64,000 nucleotides of DNA. Source: Spirochaetia bacterium (lineage in GTDB: Bacteria > Spirochaetota > Spirochaetia > SZUA-6 > Bin103). Location: NCBI GenBank assembly GCA_965198005.1, contig CBDAOI010000001.1, positions 96,001-160,000 of the forward strand, read 5' to 3'. Below are positions 9,461-19,585 of this stretch, in pieces (positions within the stretch are counted from its first letter, which is position 1; every line of letters starts with the position of its first letter). Below the pieces are notes generated by a model that worked only from the letters and a program-made list of their open reading frames with translations, was not told the origin of the DNA and did not search any database. A program made the translations under genes and the position numbers.

Positions 9461-11110
9461 TCAGTTGCCGCGCGCGACCTGTTTTTCGACCTTGCTGATT
9501 ACCTCGACCACGGCCGGCAGGCCCTCCCGGTTCGCGGCCTTGGCCCGCTCGAACGCCGCGGGCAGGGCTCCCGGCGACTCCACCCGTTCCGCATGGGCGC
9601 CGAGTCCGGCGGCCACGGCAGTGTAGTCGCCGCTCAGCCGGTTGCTTCCGTAGCGTTCGGTCGCCGCCGGCATGTAGGTGTCGTAATTGGTCATGTGCCC
9701 GTTGTTCAGCACCACCGTGACGATCGGGATCTCCGACCGCACGGCGGTCTCGACGTCCAGGCCGGTCATCCCGAACGCCGCCTCGCCCATCAGGTTTACC
9801 ACGTGCTTGTCCGGCGCGGCCAGCTTGGCCCCCATCGCCAACCCCAGGCCGTAGCCCAACTGAGTCGACTTCCCCCAGGCGACATAGCCGTTGGGCACCG
9901 GCGTGTTCCACATCGGCACCATCTGGTCGCGCGGCGAGCCGGAGTCATGGGTGACGATCGAGGCCGCGGGATCGAACGCCCGCGCCATCTCGCGGATCAC
10001 CCGGTAGGGACTGATCGGCGCCTCGTCCGAGCCGTGGTGCGGTTCCCACTGCGCCTCGAACTCCGCGCGCACCGCGGCCACCCGTGCGGCCGCGCGCCGG
10101 CCGTCGCCCCGGACCGCCGGACCATTCTGGCGCCGGTACTCGTCGATCATCTGCCGCAGCACGAGCTGTGCGTCGCCGACCGCGCCCACGCTCACTCCAT
10201 AGTCCTTGCCGATATCTTCGCCGCAATTGGTCACCTGGCCCAAGGTCGCCGTGTCGGGCATCGGCTTGGTGAAGGTGTTGACCGTGAAACTGGTGCCCAG
10301 GCCGAGCACGAAGTCGGCGGAGCGCAGGAAGCGCGCCACCATCAGCGTCCACGAATTGCCGCCGGTGCCGAGCGCCAGCGGGTGGGTCTCCGGAAACGCG
10401 CCCTTGCCGGCCAGGGTGGTCATGACCGGGATCTGGGCCAGCTCCGCGAACTCCACCAGCTCGGCGGTGGCCTCCGCGTAGAGCACGCCCTGGCCGGCGT
10501 TGATGATCGGGTCGCGGGCCGCCAGCAGGGCTGCGATCAGATCGCGCACGTCCTCCGCCGCGGCGCTGGACCGGTGGCGGCGCACCGGCGTGTAGCCCTC
10601 TACCGCCGCCGCCGGGCACTCCTGCGACATTACGTCATGCGGCATCTCCAGCAGCACCGGACCGCGCCGGCCATTCCGGAGCTGCCCGACCGCGTGGCGC
10701 AGCAACGCCGGCACGTCGGCCACCCGGTTGATCCGAGCCGCCCACTTGGTGACGTGGCGGTAGTTGCGCACCGCGTCGAACGAAGGCGGGACCTCCACCC
10801 GGCTCAACGACTCGCCGCCGGGCAGGTGCAGCAGCGGCACCGAGTCCGCGAACGCCTGCGCCACGCCGGCAAACGCGTTCTCGGAGCCGGGGCCGTGCTG
10901 CATCGTGAACACGCCCAGCTTGCGCCCGTTGGTGACGCGGGTGAAGCCGTCGGCGATGTTGACTCCGACGCGTTCCTGGCGGCAGATGATCGGGCGAATT
11001 CCGATCTTGGCGCCGGCGTTGATCAGGTTCTGCAGCGGGAATGCGCAAATATGCTGCACTCCCTCGGTGGCGAGGATGCGCGCCATCGCGTCGTATCCGG
11101 TCATCGACAT
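9461..11110 (-). CDS. Thiamine-pyrophosphate-requiring enzyme (acetolactate synthase-like family)
   Basis: RQERVGVNIADG, GPG, HDSGSPRDQ, GKSTQLGYGLG and MGEAAFGM...LNN motifs; start trimmed to MSMTG. Confidence 0.88.
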   Translation of the reverse strand: MSMTGYDAMARILATEGVQHICAFPLQNLINAGAKIGIRPIICRQERVGVNIADGFTRVTNGRKLGVFTMQHGPGSENAFAGVAQAFADSVPLLHLPGGESLSRVEVPPSFDAVRNYRHVTKWAARINRVADVPALLRHAVGQLRNGRRGPVLLEMPHDVMSQECPAAAVEGYTPVRRHRSSAAAEDVRDLIAALLAARDPIINAGQGVLYAEATAELVEFAELAQIPVMTTLAGKGAFPETHPLALGTGGNSWTLMVARFLRSADFVLGLGTSFTVNTFTKPMPDTATLGQVTNCGEDIGKDYGVSVGAVGDAQLVLRQMIDEYRRQNGPAVRGDGRRAAARVAAVRAEFEAQWEPHHGSDEAPISPYRVIREMARAFDPAASIVTHDSGSPRDQMVPMWNTPVPNGYVAWGKSTQLGYGLGLAMGAKLAAPDKHVVNLMGEAAFGMTGLDVETAVRSEIPIVTVVLNNGHMTNYDTYMPAATERYGSNRLSGDYTAVAAGLGAHAERVESPGALPAAFERAKAANREGLPAVVEVISKVEKQVARGN

Positions 11111-11294
11111 GGTTGTATGATGGTCTCCGTATTGTAATCGGCGGCTGGCCGAAGAAGGATGAGCGCCCCGGGGAGCGGCACCGGTGAGCGCCGCTCCGGA
11201 CTTGGCCACAGACTCCTGACGATCCGCTGGTGCCCTGAAGTATGACAGGTGCCGGCGGCAATCGGCAAGTGAAGAACTGGGGAACTTCAGGGAC

Positions 11295-11323
11295 TTGACG
11301 GACGCTCACACGTTCCGCACAAT
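11295..11323 (+). promoter_or_regulatory. Sigma70-like promoter TTGACG-N17-CACAAT
   Basis: Near-consensus -35 and -10 with 17-bp spacer upstream of the small ORF and symporter. Confidence 0.45.
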
Positions 11324-11412
11324 ACCCATCCGCACAGCGCGGTGGGCACCGCGGGGACCGGCGCAGGGAGGGGACGACGCGATCCGGTGGACCCGGTTGG
11401 ACTGAATCGACC

Positions 11413-11673
11413 TTGGCGGATATGAGTAGCAGCACCGGAAGCGGCGGCCGTGAGATGGACGTCAACACGCGGGTACGTGACCACGTGGCGGCGTTGGAAC
11501 GAGCCGCGGCGGAGCCCGAGTTGATCGTCGACCAGCGCCTGCTGGACCGCATGACGAGCTTGGTGCAGACCTTCGCGCAGCTTCGCCAGCAGGGCCCTCA
11601 GCGGCTGCGGCAGGCGCGGTCGGCCAAACGCCGCACCCCCAGATCGTCAGCAACCCGGCGCGACGTGAGTTGA
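11413..11673 (+). CDS. Small hypothetical protein (start uncertain)
   Basis: Helical-looking ORF downstream of the putative promoter. Confidence 0.4.
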   Translation: MADMSSSTGSGGREMDVNTRVRDHVAALERAAAEPELIVDQRLLDRMTSLVQTFAQLRQQGPQRLRQARSAKRRTPRSSATRRDVS

Positions 11674-11709
11674 GGCCGGGCCGCAGGCGGCGCGCGGGAG
11701 GTCGCCGGT

Positions 11710-13134
11710 GTGAACTTCTCCTGGTCACTGCTGATCGACCTGGGCGTCATCGCCAGCGCGCTGCTGGCCGCGACCGTGCTGCGCACCCGGCTGCGCCTGC
11801 TCCAGGCCTACCTGATCCCCAACGCCATCGTCGCCGGGTTTCTCCTGCTGGGCTTCTACAACTGGGTGGCACCGCACCTCGGCCTCGGCCGGGAGGGGCT
11901 CGAGAACCTGGTGTTTCATCTGCTGAACCTGACCTTCATCGCCATCGCGCTGCGCCCCGGCCGCCCGCGCCGCCGGAGGTCGCGGGCGGTGTTCGGCACC
12001 GCCACCGTGATCATCTCCCAGCTCACGATTCAGGGGCTGATCGGCTTCGCCGTGACCTTCCTGTTCATCGGCGTCCCGCTGCTGCCGGCGCTGTTTCCCG
12101 GCTACGGCTTCCTGGTCGCGCTCGGCTACGTGCTCGGCCCCGGCCAGGCGTTCTCGATCGGCCTGAGCTGGCAGGACCAGGGGTTTGCCGGCGCCGGCGG
12201 GCTCGGGCTGATCTTCGGCGCGATCGGGTTCCTGGTGGCGTGCTTCGGCGGCGTGTGGCTGATCAACCATGGTCTGCGGCACGGCTACGGCTCGCTCAGC
12301 CGCCGGCAGGTGGAGGAGCTGCGCACCCAGAGCGGCCTGCTGCGGGCCACCGACGAGCATCCGGTGGGGTTGCGCCAGACCACCCGCAGCGAGGCGATCG
12401 ACACCCTGTCGCTGATGCTGGCGGCGGTGTTCGGCGTGTACCTGGCGACCTACCTGCTGCTGCGTGCGCTCACCGGTCTGCTGCTGCCGCTCGGGGGAGT
12501 CGTGGCCCAGGTGGCGGAGAGCCTGTGGGGCATCACCTTCGTGTTCGCCCTGCTGGTCGCGCTGGTAGTGAAGGCGGTGCTGAACCTGACGGGCCACGCC
12601 TACCTGCTGGAGGAGCGCGGCCTCACCCGGATCAGCGGGGGCGCGGTCGACTTCATGGTGGCGGCGGCGCTGGGCGCGATCTCGATCGCGGTGGTGCAGG
12701 CCCACTGGCTGCCGATCCTGGTGTTCGCCCTGCTGATCGCGGCCGTGGCCGCGGTGACGATTCTGTGGCTGGGCTCGCGCCTGTTCGCGGGCGACTTCGC
12801 GTTCGAGCGGGTGATGCTGTTCTGGGGGGCGCTGACCGGCACTCTCAGCACCGGGCTGGCCCTGCTGCGCGCCGTGGACCCGGAGTTCAAGACCCCGGCC
12901 GCGACCGACTACATGTACGCGTCGGCAGTCACCTTTTTCCTGGTACTGCCGCTCGTGTTCGTCATGGGGTTGCCGGCGCTGGGGTTCGCCACCGGCAACT
13001 CCGGCCTGTACCTGGTGACGCTGGCCGTGCTGCTGGTCTATCTGGCGCTGGTTGCCGTGGCCGGGCACCGGTTGGCGCGGGCCCGGGGCGTGCGTGGCCG
13101 GAGCGCGCTGCGCCCGCTCTGGTTTCGCGGGTGA
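11710..13134 (+). CDS. gltS: Sodium/glutamate symporter family protein
   Basis: IPNAIVAG, GPGQA and GTLSTGLALLRAVDP motifs; many TM segments. Confidence 0.8.
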   Translation: MNFSWSLLIDLGVIASALLAATVLRTRLRLLQAYLIPNAIVAGFLLLGFYNWVAPHLGLGREGLENLVFHLLNLTFIAIALRPGRPRRRRSRAVFGTATVIISQLTIQGLIGFAVTFLFIGVPLLPALFPGYGFLVALGYVLGPGQAFSIGLSWQDQGFAGAGGLGLIFGAIGFLVACFGGVWLINHGLRHGYGSLSRRQVEELRTQSGLLRATDEHPVGLRQTTRSEAIDTLSLMLAAVFGVYLATYLLLRALTGLLLPLGGVVAQVAESLWGITFVFALLVALVVKAVLNLTGHAYLLEERGLTRISGGAVDFMVAAALGAISIAVVQAHWLPILVFALLIAAVAAVTILWLGSRLFAGDFAFERVMLFWGALTGTLSTGLALLRAVDPEFKTPAATDYMYASAVTFFLVLPLVFVMGLPALGFATGNSGLYLVTLAVLLVYLALVAVAGHRLARARGVRGRSALRPLWFRG

Positions 13135-13293
13135 CGCGCTGACCGCGCGGCCGCAGTGCGCTCCGATTCGCCCCCGATGCGCACTGATTCGCGGTACGGG
13201 TTGCCGCCCGCAGGCGCAGGCGCTACCGTTACTGGTAGAGCGCGCACGGCCACCGCGCGCAGGCATCGCCGGCCGGGTGGCCGGTCGTGATGA

Positions 13294-14064
13294 GTGATGG
13301 ACAGGATCCGTATCTACGTTTGCCGCCGACTACTGCCCTGCCTGCGGCCGCGTCACGTCGGGATCGCGCTGGCGCTGGTGACCTGGGCAGCCCTCGCGGG
13401 CTGCGACGGAAGCGATAGCTGGCGCCCGGTCACGCGCGCGCAGCGCGCCGACCGCCGGCTCGACTACGCGGTCCACTATCAGGATCGGGAAGCGATGATC
13501 CGCAGTTTCGAGACCTTCCTGCGCAACCCGGATCCGGAATTCGCTCAGGACGACTCGCTCTCCCGGAAGGAGTTCCGCACCTACCTGCGCTCCTGGCGCG
13601 ACCCGCTCGCGCAGCATGCCGACGAGCACTTCCGGCTGGCCCTGCAGCGGATCGAGGACCAGGGCAGCCCGATGCAGATCCTGCCCGGCCGCGGCGACCG
13701 CCTCCCGATCCGCACGCTGTACTTCAGGGACGACACCTTCATCCTGATCGATCAGGTGGAGGAACGGAACATGCTGTTCCTGTGCCGGCTCAAGGGGCGC
13801 GAGGTGATCGCCACCGCGCAGCGCCTGCGCTGGTCGCCCAACGTCCAGTACGATGACGCCGCCGGCGGCGCCCAGCCGATCCGCGTCTACGTGTTCCTGG
13901 GCTTCGTCAGTCCCGACCGCAGCGCCCACATGACGATCAAGCAGATGCAGGCCTGCCTGGAGTCGTATGCCGACAACTCCCATCGCGTCCAGCGGCGCCT
14001 GGGCGACGACGAGCTGGAACGCGTGCAGCAGGTGCACGACTACTTCTTCGACATAACCCGTTAG
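13294..14064 (+). CDS. Hypothetical lipoprotein
   Basis: Hydrophobic signal region ending in LAGC lipobox; GC3-biased codons. Confidence 0.65.
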   Translation: MMDRIRIYVCRRLLPCLRPRHVGIALALVTWAALAGCDGSDSWRPVTRAQRADRRLDYAVHYQDREAMIRSFETFLRNPDPEFAQDDSLSRKEFRTYLRSWRDPLAQHADEHFRLALQRIEDQGSPMQILPGRGDRLPIRTLYFRDDTFILIDQVEERNMLFLCRLKGREVIATAQRLRWSPNVQYDDAAGGAQPIRVYVFLGFVSPDRSAHMTIKQMQACLESYADNSHRVQRRLGDDELERVQQVHDYFFDITR

Positions 14065-14146
14065 GTTGGGCCGGCGTCAGGCCGGGCGGCGCTGCCCCGG
14101 TTCGCGTCATGCCGAATGTCGTACCATGCGTACCATGCGCTCCGCC

Positions 14147-14175
14147 TTTGCACGACGGCGGCGGCCGCCTATAAT
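14147..14175 (+). promoter_or_regulatory. Sigma70-like promoter of leuB (TTGCAC...TATAAT)
   Basis: Perfect TATAAT at 14170-14175, 16 nt before the ATG at 14192. Confidence 0.55.
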
Positions 14176-14191
14176 CCGCTCTCGGTTGGAT

Positions 14192-15292
14192 ATGACAGAC
14201 ACGAACAGGACAGACGCGATCAGGATTGCGGTGATTGCTGGGGACGGCACGGGTCCGGAGGTAACCGCGGAGGCGTGCAAGGTGCTGGACGCGGTAGCGC
14301 CGCTGGAGGGGATATCGTACGAGCGGGTCGACTTCGACTACGGCGGCGACCGCTACCTGGCCACCGGAGAGGTGATCACCGAGCAGCAGATCGACGAATT
14401 TCGCCAGTTCGACGCGATCTACCTGGGGGCGATCGGCCATCCCGAGGTCAAGCCCGGCATCCTCGAGAAGGGGTTGCTGCTGGCCATTCGGTTCCAGCTC
14501 GACCAGTACGTCAACCTGCGGCCGGTCAAGCTCTATCCGGGGGTCGAGTGCCCGCTCAAGGACAAGGGGCCGAAGGACATCCGGTTCGACGTGGTGCGCG
14601 AGAACACCGAGGACCTGTACTGCGGCGCCGGCGGGTTCCTGCGCAAGCACACGTCGCAGGAAATCGCCACGCAGGAGATGATCGCCACCCGGTTCGGGGC
14701 GGACCGCTGCCTGCGCTGGGCGTTCGAGCACTGCCGCCGGCGGCAGGATCGCCTGCAGCTCACGCTGGTGCACAAGACCAACGTGCTGACCTTCGCCGCC
14801 AACCTCTGGGAGCGGGCGTTCCACGAGCTGGGCGAGGCCGAGTTTCCCGACGTCCGGCGCGACTACAATCACATCGACGCGGCCTGCATGTGGTTCGTGA
14901 AGAACCCGGAGTTCTACGACACCATCGTGGTGCCCAACATGTTCGGCGACATCATCACCGACCTCGGCGCCATGATTCAGGGCGGGCTCGGCGTATCCGC
15001 CGGCGGCAACATCAACCCCGAACCCGGCGGCTGCAGCATGTTCGAGTGCATGGGCGGTTCGGCACCGAAGTATACCGGCCGGAACATCATCAACCCGATC
15101 GCCGCCATCGCCGCCATGGGCATGCTGCTCACCGTGCTCGGCGACCAGAAGGGACTGCCCAACCTGACCCGCGCCGGCCACCGCGTCGACGCCGCCATCG
15201 GCAACACCACCCCCCGGATGGACAGCATGTCCGCCGGCAGGATGGGCCACTCGACCTCCGAGGTAGGCGACCTGGTAGCCGCCGCGCTCTGA
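14192..15292 (+). CDS. leuB: 3-isopropylmalate dehydrogenase
   Basis: IAGDGTGPEV, VNLRP, RENTEDLY, HKTNV, NMFGDIITDL and GSAP motifs. Confidence 0.9.
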   Translation: MTDTNRTDAIRIAVIAGDGTGPEVTAEACKVLDAVAPLEGISYERVDFDYGGDRYLATGEVITEQQIDEFRQFDAIYLGAIGHPEVKPGILEKGLLLAIRFQLDQYVNLRPVKLYPGVECPLKDKGPKDIRFDVVRENTEDLYCGAGGFLRKHTSQEIATQEMIATRFGADRCLRWAFEHCRRRQDRLQLTLVHKTNVLTFAANLWERAFHELGEAEFPDVRRDYNHIDAACMWFVKNPEFYDTIVVPNMFGDIITDLGAMIQGGLGVSAGGNINPEPGGCSMFECMGGSAPKYTGRNIINPIAAIAAMGMLLTVLGDQKGLPNLTRAGHRVDAAIGNTTPRMDSMSAGRMGHSTSEVGDLVAAAL

Positions 15293-15319
15293 GCTGAAGC
15301 CCGAGCCGGATGGTGATCA

Positions 15320-15751
15320 ATGGCTGTCATGGTGCAGGTCGCGCCGGGAATCGCCATACCCGAGGAGGAACTCGACGAACGGTTCATTCAGAGCCGAGGA
15401 CCGGGCGGACAGAACGTGAACAAGGTGGCCACCGCGGTGCAGCTCCGGTTCGACGCGGCCGGCTCGCCGACCCTGCCGCCGGAGGTGCGCCGGCGCCTGG
15501 TGCGCATCGCGGGCACGCGGGTTACGGCCGACGGCGCTCTGGTGATCACCGCGCGCCGGTTTCGCACCCAGGAGGCGAACCGCCGCGACGCGCGGGAGCG
15601 GCTGGCGTCCCTCGTTGCCCGGGCGCTGGCCGCGCCCCGGCCCCGGTACGCCACGCGGCCCACCCGCGCCGCCCGCGAGCGGCGCTTACGGGACAAGGTG
15701 CGGCGGGCTGCTCTCAAGCGGCGGCGCGGCCAGCCCGCCGAAGATGACTGA
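15320..15751 (+). CDS. arfB: Alternative ribosome rescue aminoacyl-tRNA hydrolase ArfB
   Basis: GPGGQNVNKVAT, RTQEANR and basic C-terminal tail. Confidence 0.95.
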   Translation: MAVMVQVAPGIAIPEEELDERFIQSRGPGGQNVNKVATAVQLRFDAAGSPTLPPEVRRRLVRIAGTRVTADGALVITARRFRTQEANRRDARERLASLVARALAAPRPRYATRPTRAARERRLRDKVRRAALKRRRGQPAEDD

Positions 15752-15769
15752 TCGGATGAGGAGCGGAAC

Positions 15770-16654
15770 TTGAAGACCATCGCCATCATCAGCCCCGGCA
15801 ACATGGGGCACGCGGTCGGGCGGCTGCTGGTACGCCGCGGGTTCGACGTCGTTACCTCTCTTGCGGGGCGTTCGGCGCGCACCCGCGGGCTGGCCGCGCA
15901 GGCGGGGATCCGCGACCTCGGCAGCGTCAACGCGCTGGTAGCGCAGACCGACCTGGTGCTGTCGATTCTGCCGCCGGCGGCCGCCGTGGCAGCAGCGCAG
16001 GAGGTGGCCGCCGCGATGACCGCGTCCGGCGTCACTCCGCCCTACGCCGACTGCAACGCCATCGCCCCCGCCACCACCGCGCGCATCGCGGAGCTGATCC
16101 AGGCCGCCGGCGCCGCCTACATTGACGCCGGCATCGTCGGCGGGCCGCCGGCCGACGGTACCGGGCCCCGGCTCTACGCCTCCGGCCCGGCCGCGCACCT
16201 GTTGGCGCCGCTGCAGGGCGGCGGCCTGGTGGTGCGTCACCTGGGCGGCGCGATCGGGCGCGCGTCGGCCCTCAAGATGTGCTACGCGGCAGTCACCAAG
16301 GGCACCGCCGCGCTGCACTTCGCCCAGCTCGCCGCCGCCAGCCGGCTGGGCATCGGCGAGGCGCTCGGCGCGGAGCTGGCGGAGAGCCAGGCCGCCACCT
16401 ACGCCCGCATGCGGCGCGCCCTGCCGCGGCTGCCCGCCAAGGCGCCGCGCTGGATCGAGGAGATGCGCCAGATCGCGGCCACCTTCGAGGCGGTCGGCGT
16501 ACCGGGAGACTTCCACCGCGGCGCCGCCGCCCTCTACGAGCTGCTCAGCGCCACCCCGTTCGCGGACGAGCCGGAGGAGGCGGTCGACACCTCGCGCACC
16601 CTGGAGACAACCGTGGCCGCGCTGACGCAGGTCTGCGCGCGGCGCGCCGGGTAG
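15770..16654 (+). CDS. NAD(P)-dependent oxidoreductase, DUF1932 / 6PGDH-like
   Basis: SPGNMG, DCNAIAP, GIVGGPP, ASALKMCYA and RWIEEM motifs. Confidence 0.85.
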   Translation: MKTIAIISPGNMGHAVGRLLVRRGFDVVTSLAGRSARTRGLAAQAGIRDLGSVNALVAQTDLVLSILPPAAAVAAAQEVAAAMTASGVTPPYADCNAIAPATTARIAELIQAAGAAYIDAGIVGGPPADGTGPRLYASGPAAHLLAPLQGGGLVVRHLGGAIGRASALKMCYAAVTKGTAALHFAQLAAASRLGIGEALGAELAESQAATYARMRRALPRLPAKAPRWIEEMRQIAATFEAVGVPGDFHRGAAALYELLSATPFADEPEEAVDTSRTLETTVAALTQVCARRAG

Positions 16655-16729
16655 CGAGTCGGTAACTGGGAATCCTCGGGCCAGCTCGGATCAGCCTCCG
16701 AAGATGCCGGCAGGCCGGCCCCCTGCGGC

Positions 16730-17179
16730 TCAAGTGGAACCCGCCTGGTCAGCGTCAGCCAGCGGCGGTCGGCGTGGTCGGTCAGTGGGCCGGCGCAGCT
16801 CCCGGCGAACCGCGGCAACGACCCGGCGGGCCGCGTCCACCGCCTCGGTTGCCTGGGTCGGGGTGTAAACGTCGGAGGGAATGCCGCCCGGCAACCCGTT
16901 CGGATACCGAGTGGGAACGTAGTACTGGTCGAGGATCGCCAAGTTCTCGCGGAACTCCTGCAGGACCTCCAGCGACGCCGCAAGCTCTACCAGAGCGTGG
17001 CCGAAAACCGTCCGCTCACCGCGTCCGTAGCGCAGTGCCTTGATCGCCTTCTCACAGATCTGCTGGCACTGGAAGCACACCTGCGCGCAGAACCCGGCGC
17101 GCAGCCCGAGCTCTGCGTACGACAGGTCATCCTCCGCTTGTCGGAGCCACCGTTCGGCTTCTTTGTTGGGTTCCTTCAA
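16730..17179 (-). CDS. HEPN domain protein (MNT-HEPN pair)
   Basis: WLRQAEDDL, CFQCQQICEKAIKA, GHAL and YVPTRYP motifs. Confidence 0.88.
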   Translation of the reverse strand: MKEPNKEAERWLRQAEDDLSYAELGLRAGFCAQVCFQCQQICEKAIKALRYGRGERTVFGHALVELAASLEVLQEFRENLAILDQYYVPTRYPNGLPGGIPSDVYTPTQATEAVDAARRVVAAVRRELRRPTDRPRRPPLADADQAGST

Positions 17180-17471
17180 CTCGGTATCCTGTGCGCACTG
17201 CCTGTCGTATGAAGTGACTGCCCTCCGGGCCGAGCCTCTCCTCCAGCTCCGCCGGGGTATAGATCAGCAGATCGGCCGCCCCCAGCTCCAGCCGCAGCTT
17301 CAAGACCTCCCGCACCCGATCGAAAAACGGCTGCGTCGTATCGCGCACCAGGATGACGTCAATGTCGCTGTACTCGTCGGCGGTGCCGGCCGCCACCGAG
17401 CCGAACACGTACGCGACAATGAATTCGTCCGCGTGGCGGGCGAAGATCGCCTTGGCCGCATCCAGGTTCAC
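17127..17471 (-). CDS. Minimal nucleotidyltransferase (MNT)
   Basis: VFGSVAAG...SDIDV and DLLIYTPAE motifs; overlaps the HEPN gene. Confidence 0.88.
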   Translation of the reverse strand: MNLDAAKAIFARHADEFIVAYVFGSVAAGTADEYSDIDVILVRDTTQPFFDRVREVLKLRLELGAADLLIYTPAELEERLGPEGSHFIRQAVRTGYRVEGTQQRSRTVAPTSGG

Positions 17472-17656
17472 CCGGTCAGCATACCACCAGCCTGGAACGA
17501 CGTCTCTTGCGCAGGTCTGCGCGCGGCCTAGATGGTGAGTTCGGTGGCGTCTCCGACCATCCGACCAGGAGACCCTTGACACCCGCGCGGCACTCGCGCT
17601 CTATTCCCGTCCAGGCTCGAGACCGATCAATCCGCGAGCTGGGAGTCGTCATCACC

Positions 17657-18616
17657 GTGAAAGTTACGGATATCGGGACCACCGGCGTCGTGGGCGGCGG
17701 TACCATGGGGTTCGGGATTGCGCTCAACTTCGCCCTCGCCGGATACAAGACTCTGGTGACCGATATGAGTGAGCACATACTTGGGCGTACGTTGGAGCGC
17801 GTGCGGGACGCTCTGGCGCTGTTCGTCGACGAGGGGATGATTACCCGGGCGCAGGTCGACCAGACGCTGGCGCGGGTCGAGACGACCCCGGATCTGGCCG
17901 CGGTCGCGGGCCGCAGTGACTTCATCACCGAGGCGATCGTCGAGTCGCTGCCCGCCAAGCAGGCGCTGTTCCGGACCCTCGATCGGCTGTGTCCACCGCA
18001 CACGATCCTGGTCAGCAACACGTCGGGATTCGTGCTGAGCGACGTTGCGGAAGGCGTCGAACGCCAGGACAAGGTCGCCCTCACCCACTACTTCGCACCG
18101 CCCCATATCGTGCCCGGCGTGGAGGTTGCCAAGGGGCCCGCGACCAGTCAGGAGACGTTCGACGTCACCTGTCAGCTCATGCAGCGCGCCGGCAAGGTGC
18201 CGATTCGGGTCCTCAAGGAGATCTCCGGTTATCTGCTGAACCGGATCCAGGGCGCCATGAACCGGGAAGCGCTGCGCCTGTGGGCGATGGGCGTGGCCAC
18301 GGCGGAGGAGATCGAGCTGGGAATCAGGTCCACGTTCGGTTTCCGGCTGCCGAACTGCGGGCCGTTCGCGCACCACGACCTGGCCGGACTGTGGCGCTGG
18401 CCGCCGGAGACGCGGGTCCGCAAACCGCCGCGGATGCCGGACGCACCCTCCGAGGAGGAGATGCAGGCGATGATCGCCGCCCGCGCCACCCGCCCGTGGT
18501 TCATCGACCCAGAGGAATACGACGCCGCGGTGGCGCGCCGCGACCGCGCGTTCGTCCGCGCCTACAAGACGTTCTATCGCAGCCGCCTTGGCAACGCCCA
18601 GGAGTCAGGAGATTAG
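17657..18616 (+). CDS. 3-hydroxyacyl-CoA dehydrogenase family protein
   Basis: GGGTMG, EAIVE, SNTS, HYFAPP, GYLLNRIQ and GPF motifs. Confidence 0.9.
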   Translation: MKVTDIGTTGVVGGGTMGFGIALNFALAGYKTLVTDMSEHILGRTLERVRDALALFVDEGMITRAQVDQTLARVETTPDLAAVAGRSDFITEAIVESLPAKQALFRTLDRLCPPHTILVSNTSGFVLSDVAEGVERQDKVALTHYFAPPHIVPGVEVAKGPATSQETFDVTCQLMQRAGKVPIRVLKEISGYLLNRIQGAMNREALRLWAMGVATAEEIELGIRSTFGFRLPNCGPFAHHDLAGLWRWPPETRVRKPPRMPDAPSEEEMQAMIAARATRPWFIDPEEYDAAVARRDRAFVRAYKTFYRSRLGNAQESGD

Positions 18617-18619
18617 CCC

Positions 18620-19585
18620 ATGCCGGAACGCCCGAGGGTCGTCATTATGGGGTCCCCGTCGCACGGTCACAAACCGGAGCGCGCGCAGTTGGAACCGGTC
18701 GCCGAGATCGTGGCCATGGCGGCCCGCACGCAGCAGGAGGTGTGCGCCGCGGTCCACGACGCGGACGCGGTGATGGTCGGCCTGCAGCTCATCGACCCGA
18801 CCGTGATCGCCAACATGAACCGCTGCCGCGTCATCTCCCGGTACGGCATCGGCTACGACAACATCGACGTCGACGCCGCCACCGCGGCCGGCATCTGGGT
18901 GGGACGGGTGCCCGACTACGGCTGGGAGGACGTGTCCGACCACGCCCTCGCCATGTTTCTGGCGTGCGTGCGCGACCTCAGGTCCTACGACCGCATGGCG
19001 CGCGCCGGCCGCCTCGGGCGGCCCCGGCCCCTGTTTCGGATCACGGGGCGGACCTTCGGCCTGGTGGGTTGCGGCGGCATCGGCCGCACGCTGATCCGCA
19101 AGCTGGGCGGACTGGGGCTGGCCCGCATCCTGGTGCACGACCCCTACCTGTCGGCCGACCAGATCGCCGCGGTCGGGGGCGTCGCCGCCGACCTGGACAC
19201 GCTGCTGCGCGCCGCGGACTGCGTGTCGCTGCACACCCCGCTCACGCCCGAGACCAGGCACCTGCTCGGCGCCGAGCAGCTCCGCCTGATGAAGCCCACC
19301 GCCATTCTGATCAACACCGCCCGCGGCGGGCTGATCGACCAGGATGCCCTGGCCGCCGCGCTCGCCGAAGGCGCCATCGCCTGCGCCGGCCTGGACGTGT
19401 TCGAGGAGGAGCCGCTGCCGACCGGCAGCCCGCTGGCGGGGATGGACAACGTCATCCTCAGCAACCACGTGGCGTGGTACACCGAGGAGTCGTCCGTGGA
19501 GCTGGCAACCAAGGCCGCGCGCAACGTGAGCGAGGTCCTGGCCGGCCGGCCGCCGGTCTACCCGGTGAACCGGATCGAGAGGTGA
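18620..19585 (+). CDS. D-isomer-specific 2-hydroxyacid dehydrogenase
   Basis: GIGYDNID, GCGGIG, INTARG, LDVFEEEP and HVAWY motifs. Confidence 0.92.
   Translation: MPERPRVVIMGSPSHGHKPERAQLEPVAEIVAMAARTQQEVCAAVHDADAVMVGLQLIDPTVIANMNRCRVISRYGIGYDNIDVDAATAAGIWVGRVPDYGWEDVSDHALAMFLACVRDLRSYDRMARAGRLGRPRPLFRITGRTFGLVGCGGIGRTLIRKLGGLGLARILVHDPYLSADQIAAVGGVAADLDTLLRAADCVSLHTPLTPETRHLLGAEQLRLMKPTAILINTARGGLIDQDALAAALAEGAIACAGLDVFEEEPLPTGSPLAGMDNVILSNHVAWYTEESSVELATKAARNVSEVLAGRPPVYPVNRIER

Noticed and set aside
11110-11290. TPP riboswitch upstream of the TPP-dependent enzyme
   Set aside because: A hairpin is present, but the CTGAGA and CCTGA...TAATGC core motifs are absent
17989-19581. 917-aa ORF and other long Arg/Pro/Ala-rich overlapping ORFs
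   Set aside because: Shadow frames typical of high-GC DNA; only 19582-20742 of this ORF is a recognisable hydrolase
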